A stretch of 63,939 bases of DNA, the filler included, from Catajapyx aquilonaris (lineage: Eukaryota): the NCBI GenBank assembly GCA_000934665.2. It is 4 parts of 4 records of this genome, joined end to end, with 100 filler letters (N's around TTAATTAATTAA, not from the genome) between each part and the next. Parts side by side here need not be neighbours in the genome. Positions count along the whole stretch, not along the records: positions 16,172 to 32,242 come from JYFJ02007307.1; positions 32,343 to 48,399 come from JYFJ02007308.1; 2 more parts are not named here. The stretch is one strand, 5' to 3'. Made by a program: the position numbers and the translations under genes. Shown here one piece after another: positions 24,538-36,102 of the stretch; within the stretch, counting starts at the first letter, position 1; every line of letters starts with the position of its first letter. The notes beneath the pieces were generated by a model. The model was not told where the DNA came from, ran no database searches, and saw only the letters and a list, made by a program, of their open reading frames with translations.

Positions 24538-24811
24538 CAGGGTGTAAATCCTAAGCGTGTCACCAGAAAAGGTGGTGGTAGAGGGCGCAGGTGTGAGCAT
24601 TTTTGCATAAGGAACTAGTGGTCGGAAACGCACCCTCACCGAGTTACAAGTTTGCGGCAGGCAGTGTGCATATCAATGTGTGCAAGAGGCGCGCGGCACG
24701 CGGCGGAGTGACTCGGTGAGGGTGCGTTTCCGACCCCTAGTTCCTTATGCAAAAATGCTCACACTTGCGCCCTCTACCACCACCTTTTCTGGTGACACGC
24801 TTAACACCCTG
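24538..24811. mobile_element. Tc1/mariner-type foldback MITE
   Basis: CAGGGTG..CACCCTG ends with ~100-bp near-perfect arms (TAAGCGTGTCACCAGAAAAGGTGGTGGTAGAGGGCGCA...). Confidence 0.9.
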
Positions 24812-27448
24812 TGTTTGTCCAGGGCGTCTGACACCAATGCCTGCCAGGTCCTTCTTATTCTCAATGCGTCGTTGCCCAAAATCCGGTTAATATATAAATC
24901 CCCATTGTGTTTTCTGAGCAAGGCATCCCTTCTTTCTTGGAGTTCTGATATCCTTAGGGGATGGTGGGAGGTTGATCTGAACTGACTGCAGGGAATTGGA
25001 GGGGCAGAGGGGAGTTTCGATCTCAAATCCCTTCCAAAATTAAGTTAACTGATTGTGGCTCTGTTTGCTCTGTTAATCTCTAAACACAAGGGTGACACCA
25101 ATAAACCTCAATCAGTCCTCTGAGATCGGACGCGGTTTCGCTTGTACAGTGTATGGGAACAAACACCTGTCGACTCATTATGGTTCCATCTGTTGGGAGA
25201 GTTTCATAATTAAGTAGGGGTCCACTTTTGAACACTCAGTATATGAATCGGCGCAGGTTATGATCTCACGTTAACAAAATTTGGTGGGTGTATGCGGGTG
25301 GTTTTGGGATATTTGTTGTTTGTATGCACACCCACTTGTGCTTAATTAGTACGACTAGTCTTGTTTCACTTGGGATTGTACGATTGCTAATCAACGCCAA
25401 GAGGAGATTGCTTCATGACTAACCAGAAGGATTGATTATTTCTATGCCTCAAATGTTTCTCGAAATTTCACTAAAAATACGTGTAAATTAGCAGGAAAAC
25501 TAATCAAACCCCATACTGTATGCTCTACCCAATATATTCACGCCAACTCCATTTTCATTATTTTAATGTGTTTGGATTTACCGTAGAACGTTTCGAAGGA
25601 AAACATGGATCCTGAGATGCTGCAGTTACATTAGGTCAATACGAATATTAGAGAAATTCATAGAAATGAAGAATTGCAATAATTTATTATGTATGAAAAC
25701 GTTTCAAGTCACACATCAACCAAATTCCATCTGTAAACATAAAGCATGTGCATATTTGCAAAATTAATTTTTAGAATGCCTCCTGTGCTTATAAAGGATT
25801 ACATCGTAATGTATTAATGTAAAGAGCAAAGGCAACACGTTTTTATTCTTACTCGGCATACGTCCTCTACTGATTAAATAGTTCTATCCAAAATAATTAT
25901 TGCTGATTTATCCATGCATCACACTTAACAGGGTTTGACTACATTGTCAAGGTAAAAAATTAAAACATCATTTTAGCACTATTTGATAAGGGTAATGTTG
26001 CACAATTTGTACCAAAATGCCACCGCACAATTGATATTAAGAAATGCCCGAATTAAGAAGGACACTACGTTTATAGTCACCATCAAGAAATTGAGGGCAA
26101 TAGCCCACTTGACTCTCTTATACTCTTCGCCCTACAAAAAATCATTTCCAAGTACAAATCAATAAACATCTGCTATATGGGACGAGATGTGAACACCTGC
26201 TCATACAGATTTCTACGAGCAGGAATCAGCGTCTTTGTTCTACACACAGCTGTACATTTTCATTCTCTGCTTCCAAAAGAAGAAAAAAATATCCCCAGAT
26301 GCTGTTAATTTTAATGTGGCTTCAATTATATAAGGTTCTTTTTCATCCACGCTTTTCCTTTCAAACAATAACTGTCGGCCTGCTTGGATCCACATCATCG
26401 TGAATAATATGCCTTACAATATAGCAGACGCTAGAGCATTTTCATGTAAGAATCAAATATTTTCCTGCACAGTTCCAGAGATCCGGGACCAATAATGTTA
26501 GTCTATAAAGTTTAATCTTCACTTTCATCCTCCCCTATAACCCCCATGCTACAATGAATCAGACCTCCTAATATTCCAGTTCTTTCCCGGGGGGGGGGGG
26601 GGGGGGGNAAACTTGCATTATTCCGACTGAGGTTTCAACTGTCATAAGTAAATACCAGTGATTAATAAGAGTTTTAGTATTCATTCTCTGACATGAGAGA
26701 ATCCCTGGATACATAAAGAACCTAACGCAAGAATGGCCCTTGAAGTGCCTGACAAATCATAATGCAGAGTGGGCGGAGTGGCCATCCAAAAATATGAGGG
26801 GAAAAAATGAATAAAATTTACCGCTACTCAAGCGCACAATGATATTCTGTAGCCTACACAAAAGTGGGCTGCATATAGCACGACATTATAATATCTACTG
26901 CAATGTCATGCACTGCACGTTTCTCTTGCTGCTTTGACACTGGAAGCAAATAATTTGCACAGTACGTCGTCGGCCACGGTTGAAGATTATGGTTCCTGGA
27001 CCTCTTGGTCCTGCATATTATTTAATTTAGAAGTTCACTGAATGGGAATAATAGAAATTGAGCTTATGAAGCAATCATGTATTTCCTGCCTACCTCCAAT
27101 TACTCGAATTGACAAAGGTGTCCGTGACTATTATCAGAGGGGTTCACGAATTAGAGGGTAACAAATGGATGTGACCCATCATGGCACAACTACAGTAAAA
27201 CTGAGGAAGAGGAGTATTCTCCATGTTCTGGTGGGTGCAATAAGTAGACTCTCATCTGATTACTGTTATCTTACTATCCCAGTTTTCCGGTCAAACCTTC
27301 AAATCAAATCAAACTATTATCAATCACTCTATTTATTATAATAAATTATTATGACAAATAAAATCAAAACGTTTCCAAATATTATTTTCCTACCTAATTA
27401 AGTAAATTGTGGGCCACCTTTTATAATGCAGTAATATTGATTGACCTC

Positions 27449-27530
27449 TCCTGTCCCCTGCACCGGATGGTGGTATTCCACTCCCCTAAGAGGACCTAGG
27501 GCCCTAGCACGGGGTACAAGAACAAAAAAA
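27449..27530 (+). mobile_element. 5'-truncated retroposon insertion (3' tail only)
   Basis: 16-bp TSD AATATTGATTGACCTC (27433-27448 / 27531-27546), A-rich end, TGGTGGTATTCCACTCCCCTA..CACGGGGTA motif shared with SINE family C. Confidence 0.8.
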
Positions 27531-27624
27531 AATATTGATTGACCTCCCCCAAGGTTTTGCACGGACCTTACTGTTTGGTCAGTGATAATTGGAACCTTTT
27601 ACATCACAATCGGGCCTACAATTA

Positions 27625-27845
27625 GGGTAGAGTGACTGAGGAGAGGTGCAGGTGCCATTGTTTAAAACAATAATTTCATGCGTTCCCCTGGGTGGTTAGC
27701 CGAGTGGAAATCCCACTGGAGACCAATCCAGAGATGACACAACTCCGGACGAGATTAAAGGGGGAAATATCCGGGCTTGAGATCGAAACTGGTACCCTTC
27801 CACAGTATATGTGGACGCATACATTACATCACTGCATTGCCGTCT
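27625..27845 (-). mobile_element. Decayed SINE family B
   Basis: Aligns by eye to 2590-2820 (CCCCTGGGTGGTTAG..CCAGAGATGAC..AACTCC..GAGAT..GGGGG..CCGGGCT..GATCGAA). Confidence 0.65.
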
Positions 27846-29778
27846 TAATATCCCCAGGAATAGCCATGCCTGACAAAAAATACGCAAATCATCCTGTGTG
27901 TCACATGCTGCCATGATTCGTCATTTGAAATTCTGCTCCAGATGTTCAGTATACCCTGAATTTCAATGTAAACATTTCCCGCATTTCCGAGTTAGGGATG
28001 TCAAAATAATCACCATACTTTGCAGGCAGAGTTCCGGTAGGTCAGCCTTTCAGATAAAATAAATATCAATTAAATTTTGACTCCAGCTATCTTCCCTCTA
28101 ATCATTGTCAGAAGGACGGATATCACTTGACCATTATTTTTACATGTTATTGTCCGTGTTACGAAGTCAAAAACCGTATCTAATTATACAGAACACCACT
28201 AAATAGGACGTGATTCCTCCGAGGTATAGCCTGCTGCATTAGGCAAACATAATGGTCAACCAGCCCGCCTGCTAGCTCTGGGGATAACAGTTCCTCAGGG
28301 AAAGGACAGATTTTGTATTCATTCCGCTCTTTTGTTAAGGTTAAGCTAATTAATTTAACCCTAGGGTTACAATTTCCATTTCGCTCACATTCGAATCTCA
28401 TTATTTTCTAGGCAGTGTCAGACATCTATTGTCCGAATATCTCTTCAGGAGTATAGGGCTGAAGTGACGTCACTGTGGTGTGTCTGTGTGTGGTATGTGT
28501 ATCTGGCTCCAATAATGCTGTATAATTATTAATTCTTGGACTAATGGTGAGATGTCAGGAGAGCTCACAATGGACGAACACTGCATTATGTATTTGTGTA
28601 TCCCCCTGATCAAAGTCTCAAACATATTGTAGAATAATGGAAGTAGTGAATTAATTTTACAGAAGCAACGATCTATTTTGACGCATCTACACTCCTCGAG
28701 TGAGTATTATTTGTTTAGCCTGGAATTATATCCTGAAGCTAAATTTTTGGGGAAATTCGTGTAACTCAAATTTGGTGTTCCTAAATATTTTTATAGAAAA
28801 CTGTTCCCATTCCTGCCGTTCTGGACTGCCGACCAAACAGTCAGAATGGCGCGCAAAATGTTGTCTATTTCTGTGGTTTGCTGCTACATACCTGTTCATA
28901 ATTGCATGAAGCTCATGTTGTATTGGAGGTAAATTTTCTTATTCAATTCTTATCGACATTACAGGGGTAGATTTTAGGCAGGTGCTATGTTAAGCATAAG
29001 AATACATAATAGTCAATGCTCAAAACAGTGCCTATAATATTAAATAATGAGTTATGCGCTTGGTCCAATCAGACTAGTTTCGTATCTGAGCCCCCCTTTC
29101 TAGTATGATTGGCCTCTTGGACCGCATCACTTTCTAAATTTATCACGAGTTCGGTAGAAATTAATATTAGTTTTGAGCATTGTTAGAAACGTTTAGAGCG
29201 TAATATCGAGATGTATTGAAATGCCTATATTGTCCAATAAAAGTTGTATGAAAAACTTCAATTCTGCATTTTTATTTCTTGTGCCACGAAAGCATACTTT
29301 GAGAGCATTCGCTATTCAACATTAAACATCTGTATTTTTAAGAAACCGAAACGGTAGCACTGAAGTCAGCCCATTGCAAATCATGTCAGTGAAACGCATA
29401 ACTTCAGGAACTACATCAATATTACCTTGTAAAAAAATAACATGGCCAGACCCAACCTTCCTTGATAGCACAAAACCCTAGGTCAACCTGTATCGTCCAA
29501 GCATAATATTTTTAAATGTAACCCACCCATTTCCCTGGCTGACTAATAAAATAATGACAGCACTCCAGGGTTTCTAAAACATGTGGTCCCCACCAGAATT
29601 GCTTACTTGGTGTACCCTCTACGAAACCTGATAATTTCAACACTCTGCGGGTTTCATCGCGGCATTCCTGGTATAATATAGGGGTATGTGCTCATACAAG
29701 AACTGGAAACCACTGCTGACATCAGGAATGCGCAACCCTTTACCTAGTAATCTAATCTAGTATCTTATACCGTATGTG

Positions 29779-30140
29779 TGGGGGAGGTGTGGTGGCCGAG
29801 ATGGTAACGTGCTGAGTTGCTGAGTGAAAGGTCCCAGGTTCGATCCCAGCCTGGGAGTTACCTTTCGCCTGCGTCGGGAGGGTCTCTGACCTGCACCTTG
29901 GAGGTGTCTGGCAACCTAACCTCCTGGGGGACTGCACATGGCCCAGCGTTGGACAATACACTTGCACAAGTGTCCCCTCCCCAACAGTCCCTATCCCTAC
30001 CCTACATCCCTAATGATTCCTTGCACGGTGATCGAAGAAAAGTAGAAAAATGACTTTATATGGTGGTAATCCACTCCCCTATAAACCCTAATCGGGTTAT
30101 CACGAGGTAATAGAAATACAAAAATTTTAAAAAAAAAATT
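29779..30140 (+). mobile_element. tRNA-derived SINE, family C
   Basis: Head GGGGAGGTGTGGTGGCCGAGATGGTAACG...GGTTCGATCCC, A-rich tail, possible TSD GTATGTG; inverted copy at 43039-43377. Confidence 0.85.
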
Positions 30141-31031
30141 GTATGTGCAAGAGGGAGAAATAAAATAATGTACTTCAAAGTTTCCTTTTCACCATTAAAT
30201 TATTTAAAGAGAATAAAATGATGGCTGGAAAAGAATCTCACTTTGTAACGCAAAAGATGCCAGATCGCAAATAAAATTAGCAGAACATGAAGACGTAAAA
30301 ACGTTACCTCGAGGTTCATTGGATTTGTGACGTGAAATTATAAGCCAGAGTGAGCAAAAGTATGTGGTTGAAACTATTGGGGACAGAAAGTCAATTTATT
30401 AACGGTAAGCCAACATAAAGCAAGCTTGATGTTTATGCCTACCAAACTGGGCTGTGAGAGTTCTGCACAGTACTGTACAATAAAAATCGGAGATAAATAT
30501 TGTTAAAGTATTCACATCTTTCCAAGCCCTTTGCATACCGAACACCAGTGTATACCATACAGTACGACAGAAGAGCTGCAAACAGACGTCCTATGCACCA
30601 AAACCAGTATGATACGACTAGATGTTTAGGCGTCATAAAGTATGGATTTTATTTCAGCGAAAAACATCCTTTTGTCCTAACCCAGAAGAGTAAATATTGA
30701 TTCATCTCTTCTGTATCGTGATGCTACATTAATTAATCCTACCATGAGTGGAATCAAGAGCAGGTAGTGGTTGTAATTGGACTTCTAACTTCGAAGAGCC
30801 AATCAGAATGAGTTCCGGTTGTTGGCCACAACTGGCCAGGTGAAGTGGAATGGTAGAATTCGAATTAGCTATTTACTGTTATAAGCATTTTCATTGCATA
30901 GTAGCCTACTGTGAAGGTCTATAAATATATCATCTTCAATTAAAATCCATCTGTTAATTATTATCTCTGACTATAATTCGGAAGAGTTTTTCTTCTGGGG
31001 CACGGCCTATTTAGGGTCGCACAACTCTGAC

Positions 31032-31244
31032 GTCAGATGTGAGAGGACCGTAACTCAATATCCACTTCTCTTGCGGCGAGAAAAGAAAGCAAGTGTTACC
31101 GAAAGCATCCAAGAGGTAGCGTTGGGGGAAGGGGGAAAAAGGAACGGCATCCCAACTCCACCTGTTGGGTGCTTTTGGTACCACTGCTTTTTTTCTCGCC
31201 GCAAGGGGAAGTGGACATTGAGTTACGGTCTTCTCATATCTGAC
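31032..31244. mobile_element. Foldback MITE-like inverted repeat
   Basis: GTCAGATGTGAGAGGACCGTAACTCAATATCCACTTC.. pairs with ..GAAGTGGACATTGAGTTACGGTCTTCTCATATCTGAC. Confidence 0.75.
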
Positions 31245-31246
31245 AG

Positions 31247-31659
31247 CAGAACTCCCTCCCCCTGTGCGTGAGCCTAGTTGCGCATGGACACCTCACGGGC
31301 TTGGTGATTTGGCGCTGATGTCGTCCACGGAGCACAACGGTCCGTGTTCGGGTGGCTGGCGGACAGCAGTTCGATCCACGTACACTCACCGTCTATCCGT
31401 GGTTCGTCCTATCTGGTTCGATCCATCCACTGGTTGGATGACCGGGGGGTTCGGAACATCTGCGTCTGCCAGTCTGGTCACCTTATTTGAAGGTTTGAAT
31501 CGGTTTGAAACACGACCTTGGATAATAATTGCCGGGTTAAGGTTGGTTCAGGAAAGCGTCCGCCCGAACGTGACCCGAACGTGACGTCAAAGTGTTGTGC
31601 TCTGAGGAGCGACGCCAGCGCCAAATAGAACATTCTCCCGTGGGGGGAAGCGCAACTAA
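31247..31659. mobile_element. Foldback element related to 35478-35759, right end interrupted
   Basis: Shares CGTGAGC.TA and GATTTGGCGCTG.TGT with 35478-35759; internal inverted arms ATTTGGCGCTG..GAGCACAAC / GTTGTGCTC..CAGCGCCAAAT. Confidence 0.55.
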
Positions 31660-32147
31660 AGGGGGGTTCACACTAGCTGACGGGAGCATACGAAAAGAAC
31701 GATCCGAAAGAGTGGACCAATCAGAGCCCACTTGAGGATGACGAAAAGTGAAAGGGATTACGAAACGGAAAAGTTGGGAGAAATCAACTTTTGACGGACA
31801 CGGAATACGGAATACGTAGGCTTACGGACCTATCCACCAATGGAAGAGCCAGGAAAGCGGTAGGGGTGTGGCGAGCGAAAGTGAAAGGGAAAGCCGGCAG
31901 CGCCTCTGGCGGGGACAGGACGAAGGACATCAGTCGGGAGTCGAGACCCAGGGGGAGCGGGCCTCGGGAGATGGGAGAAGAGAAGGGTATGATACCGGTC
32001 CGAAGAGAGGGAGAGCCCGAGGGAGATCCGGCTTCCTCCCCGAGAATTCAAGCTTTTGTGTCTGAACACCTTTCCCCTCTTTCCGTTCGTCCCGTCATAC
32101 CGTTCCGTTCGTTTCGTATGCTACCGTCAGCTAGTGTGAACCAGCCT
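31660..32147. mobile_element. PIF/Harbinger-like MITE
   Basis: TAA|AGGGGGGTTCACACTAGCTGACGGGAGCATACGAAA ... TTTCGTATGCTACCGTCAGCTAGTGTGAACCAGCCT|TAA; related hairpin at 40906-41061. Confidence 0.8.
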
Positions 32148-32242
32148 TAAGGTGGAAATGAAGCGACTTGCTAATCAAATGAGAGTCTAGAATTGGAATG
32201 TTAATAAGAAGGGCTAAAATCAGGGAAACATACGCGACCGAT

Positions 32243-32342
32243 NNNNNNNNNNNNNNNNNNNNNNNNNNNNNNNNNNNNNNNNNNNNTTAATTAATTAANN
32301 NNNNNNNNNNNNNNNNNNNNNNNNNNNNNNNNNNNNNNNNNN
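32243..32342. other. Artificial contig linker
   Basis: 44 N + TTAATTAATTAA + 44 N. Confidence 0.97.
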
Positions 32343-32806
32343 GGAACATGCTGAGATGGGTCAACATCAATCTCTCGTCGTCGTCGGAGTCCGACGATGA
32401 GCTGCAGCTGTCCGCCACGTACGGATCGGGCAAAGCGACTGCCATGATTCCTCACCACACCCCTCGGGACCGACTGGTTAAGGTGGAGCGAACCCCCCCT
32501 CCTCCTTAAAAACCTGAGTGAAAAGCTTCCAGCTGGTACAAGGTTGCCTGCTTTACATGTGGCAGAGTTGCCACCTGGTGTCACACAGTACCCAAAATCC
32601 CAAGCACCAGTCCGCAACCATGACGACATCCATAAACCCGCGGTATAAGCAACTTGTGCTGCAGGATCGGCGGGTAGATGGATCGGGCGGTAAATGGGAG
32701 GGAGAACGGGCCGTTTTAGAACAACCGTAGGTGGCGCAACACTTCTCGCGGTATACCGGAGTCAAAACCCGCCGTTTTCCATATACCGTGACTGGTGCAA
32801 CCGGCC
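32343..32806 (-). mobile_element. End of a PIF/Harbinger-like element, possibly with a transposase N-terminus
   Basis: Terminus TGGTGCAACCGGCC followed by ATTA; minus-strand ORF from 32445 (MAVALPDPYVADSCSSSSDSDDDERLMLTHLSMF) runs off the contig. Confidence 0.45.
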
Positions 32807-32986
32807 ATTAATAAATATGGGAAGAAATAATAAATAAAGAATAAGGTGAGGACTGTCAGATTTATTTGGCTCCGTTCACTGCGCACACATGACATGACAT
32901 AAGATTGTAAATAAATTATGGAACAGTTCCAATGCCCGACATATTAATGTGCTAACAGACTTTGACTTGGTGCATGTTTCTTTCAG

Positions 32987-33329
32987 GTACATGGCAGTAA
33001 CGCGGCCGATCCAGTACGCCAAGCACAAAAATCGGAGGCGTGTCTGGTTGAGTATCGGTCTGGTGTGGGTCATCTCCTGTGCTATAGGATCTCCCATTGC
33101 CCTGGGACTCAACCAGACACCCGACCGGGACCCCTCACTCTGCATGTTCTACAATGCAGACTTTATCATATACTCCAGCCTCAGCTCCTTCTACATTCCT
33201 TGCATAATCATGGTCTGCCTCTACTATCGCATCTTCACTGCCATCCGCACAAGGGCGAGGAAAGCAGCTGCTTCGAGGGTACGTCCACCGGATATCGCAG
33301 CCGGATGTGTCATCGAGAATATTGCCCAG
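32987..33329 (+). CDS. Dop2R: D2-like dopamine receptor (Dop2R/DOP3), exon from DRY motif through TM4-TM5; 5' exons absent
   Basis: Branch point GCTAAC and acceptor tttcag; (R)YMAVTRPIQYAKHKNRRRVW...IGSPIALGLN...CMFYNADFIIYSSLSSFYIPCIIM...VIENIAQ|gtaag, closely matching arthropod D2-like receptors as I recall them. Confidence 0.95.
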
Positions 33330-33844
33330 GTAAGATACGTAATGCATAATCTCCAATAATTTCATCGGAAAGTTGGTGTATGTCTTTACTTTGCGCGAAT
33401 ATACAAACAATTCCCAGCTCTCCAATATAGTCCCTATATGTTTGATCATTACAGCTTATGATATTGATGGTGTTTTGCAGATTCACTTGTAAAATCGGCT
33501 GAGTCGTGTCCCCAGATTATTTATCCCTCGTTTTCTCCTATAGGTGGGACTGAGATTTCAAATATATGCACATAGTCAGGGAAAACAATAACTTTCCTGA
33601 TCCTGTCCTATACCTCTACCCCTTCCCCTTTCTTCAGTTTAATTTGACTGTCATAGCCGTGAAATTCAACATGTGTTCTCCCTATAGTCGTATGAAGACA
33701 AATCGCAGGCAGCATAATGTGTCTGTATGAGGGTATGCTTGGTACCAAACAATTGTGTGTAATTAGATATTCAACAAACAGGGCAAATTCGCTGATAATG
33801 TAGTAAATTTATGTCACGTATTTAACGTGTCATCAATAATTATT

Positions 33845-34051
33845 GAGCCTATTAGAGGAAGAGTGGGCTAACCCACAAAATCGTAATATGCTACTTTCTG
33901 AATTTGTTCTTCACTACAGAATTCATCTTCCCAGAAAATGGTATTATGTTAATATGAACCGCTGAATTGCAGGTGGAATCCAAACTTCTGACGTCATTTC
34001 CTTAAAAAGGATGTCTTGAAGGTTAGCTCAAGCGCTTCCTCTAATGGGCTC
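33845..34051. mobile_element. MITE with GAG..CTC ends (Sola-like), intronic
   Basis: TATT|GAGCCTATTAGAGGAAGAGTGGGCTAACC ... GGTTAGCTCAAGCGCTTCCTCTAATGGGCTC|AATT. Confidence 0.65.
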
Positions 34052-34200
34052 AATTATAGCAGCCTATGCATATTCTTAAGTTCTTGAATGGTACAGTACA
34101 TCCTGTTGATACATCGTCGAAGAGAAGCGGAAGCACAAGACAATTACTTTAACTGACATTTCGCTAGTTGCTGATCAGATCTAATTACATGCTCGGTATA

Positions 34201-34624
34201 CAGGGTGTATCTGAACTCAGTGCCCCGACGTATATGACTGCCTTCCTAGCCACCAGAGGATCGATTTAAGTATAGGAGTCATATGTCTGGGCAGCCTCAT
34301 TACTGAGATACACTCTTTAGCGATTTTTGCCTAATCGCTCCTTCTGACTTTTAAATAGAATTTTCTGGTGTAACTAGCCAAAGAGGCCATACCACCTGTG
34401 GGCAACAAACCAACAAAGTCCCGCCCCCAGACCTTCCAGAGCCTTCTGACTGGGGGAGGGTTTGATGGGTGGCCTAACCGACAGGATATTTTGTACTACA
34501 TGTTTGCGGCCAATTATCTCCGTAATGCGGCGGCCAAACATAATGACTCCTATACTTAAATCGATCCACTGGTGGCTAGGAATGCAGTCATATACGTCGG
34601 GGCATTGAGTTCAGATACACCCTG
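34201..34624. mobile_element. Tc1/mariner-type MITE, intronic
   Basis: ta|CAGGGTGTATCTGAACTCAGTGCCCCGACGTATATGACTG ... CAGTCATATACGTCGGGGCATTGAGTTCAGATACACCCTG|ta. Confidence 0.9.
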
Positions 34625-34967
34625 TATACTAGACAGCCGAACAACTGCATAGGCCTGTTGATGCAGTAATAGGCGCCTGTCAACCACTCATGACTCTACT
34701 ATAACTATTATTGACTGAAGTTATTCAAGGTGCTCCTGCGATGTACTCACAAAATGATGGCCAGCTTGACATCCACGGCCGTGTGTATACGGTATTAGCA
34801 AGGATTTATTCGCCTTTAGTATTAATTGCTGCACAAATGAGCGTGTGATTGTGCACAACATTCATTTGAAGCATCTTCAGCTGAAATTCTCCATATAGTA
34901 TAGACTGTGCTGTACATATACACTATACAGTATATACATAATAACAAGAATGGGCTTTCCCTGGCAG

Positions 34968-35191
34968 ACGCGGAGGTTAGCGGAGACAGCACTTGCTGAA
35001 CCAGGGCCATCTGGCGTGTTGCTGCTGCCCAGGCCGCCAGATGAACGGCCGACTTGTACGGGCAGCGAGGATGACGACGATTTGGAAGTAGCCGATACCG
35101 CGGCTGCTGTGGCGGCCGCCGCAGCCGCTGCCTCCGCCGCCGCCGATGCTGATTCTTGCCACGTCATCTCAAATGACCTAGCTCCTCAAGA
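34968..35191 (+). CDS. Dop2R: D2-like dopamine receptor, third intracellular loop exon
   Basis: ctggcag|TRRLAETAL...GSEDDDD...DSCHVISND; phase 0 in; donor GA|GTAAGT (phase 2). Confidence 0.9.
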
Positions 35192-35252
35192 GTAAGTCAG
35201 CTGAACTGCTGAAGAGTGACCGTCGATCATACTGACTCTTTTCTAATGGCAG

Positions 35253-35454
35253 GGAGGTAATGGCAGGGAGTAGTGGTGTTGGCGGTGGTGGCGGCCTAAG
35301 CAGCAGCTGTGCAGGGGCAGTTATCACACTGACAGAGGCCGACGGGAACCACGATTCTGGTTATGCCGCTTCCAATTTAGAGGAGTCTGTGGCCACGCAG
35401 GCAATGCCTTCTCCTGGGAGCCCCAAGAAAGCGCTGCTACCCTCACGCGCCAAG
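35253..35454 (+). CDS. Dop2R: D2-like dopamine receptor, third intracellular loop exon
   Basis: 61-nt intron keeps the frame; contains EADGNHDSGYAASNLEE; donor AAG|GTGAGT (phase 0). Confidence 0.88.
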
Positions 35455-35477
35455 GTGAGTCCTGCCATAGTTAGAAC

Positions 35478-35759
35478 CACTGACACTCCTATCCCAACTT
35501 TATGGAAAAACCCGTGAGCTTATCTCGTCCACCCCGTTCGGGGGGGGGGGGGGNGGGGGGGGGTGTTCCGATTTGGCGCTGGTGTAGTCTCCAGGGTAGC
35601 CGAGCGACGGTAGCGGTCCTGGCGAACGACTCGGATGCCTTCAGAAGAACCCGGGAGGCTCCCCGGTCCGCCACGACCGCCACCGTTGATCGGCTACACT
35701 GGAGACTACACCAGTACCAAAGCGAGCTAAGCTCACGCAAAAAGGGGTGGAGTGTCCTG
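35478..35759. mobile_element. Intronic foldback element
   Basis: GACACTCC/GGAGTGTC ends; arms TTTGGCGCTGGTGTAGTCTCCAGGGTAGCCGA / TCGGCTACACTGGAGACTACACCAGTACCAAA. Confidence 0.7.
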
Positions 35760-35786
35760 ACTTTATAATAATACCATGGTTAGAAC

Positions 35787-36064
35787 CAGCCCCCTGACAC
35801 AAATATGACACGGTAGTCCAATATACAAGGCTCCGCTAGGCGGGGAACGTGGCACTGGTGCGCCTCCATAGCCGGCTACTGGAGGGTCGGTTGCGAACGG
35901 CCTGAGGAAAGGACGGTTTGGGTTGGTTCCGAAAGAGGCCAATCAGAACCGACCCTCCAGTAGCCGGCTGTGGAGGCGCACCAGCGCCACGTTCCCCGCC
36001 TAGCGGCGCCTTTTATATTAAACAACCTTCAACACAGGGCTAGGCTGGATGTGTCAGGGGGCTG
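35787..36064. mobile_element. Intronic hAT-type MITE
   Basis: Perfect 8-bp TSD GTTAGAAC (35779-35786 / 36065-36072), TIR CAGCCCCCTGACAC, internal ~70-bp inverted arms. Confidence 0.9.
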
Positions 36065-36102
36065 GTTAGAACCATAGCACAAGCTGATGTCTTTTTCCGC
36101 AG

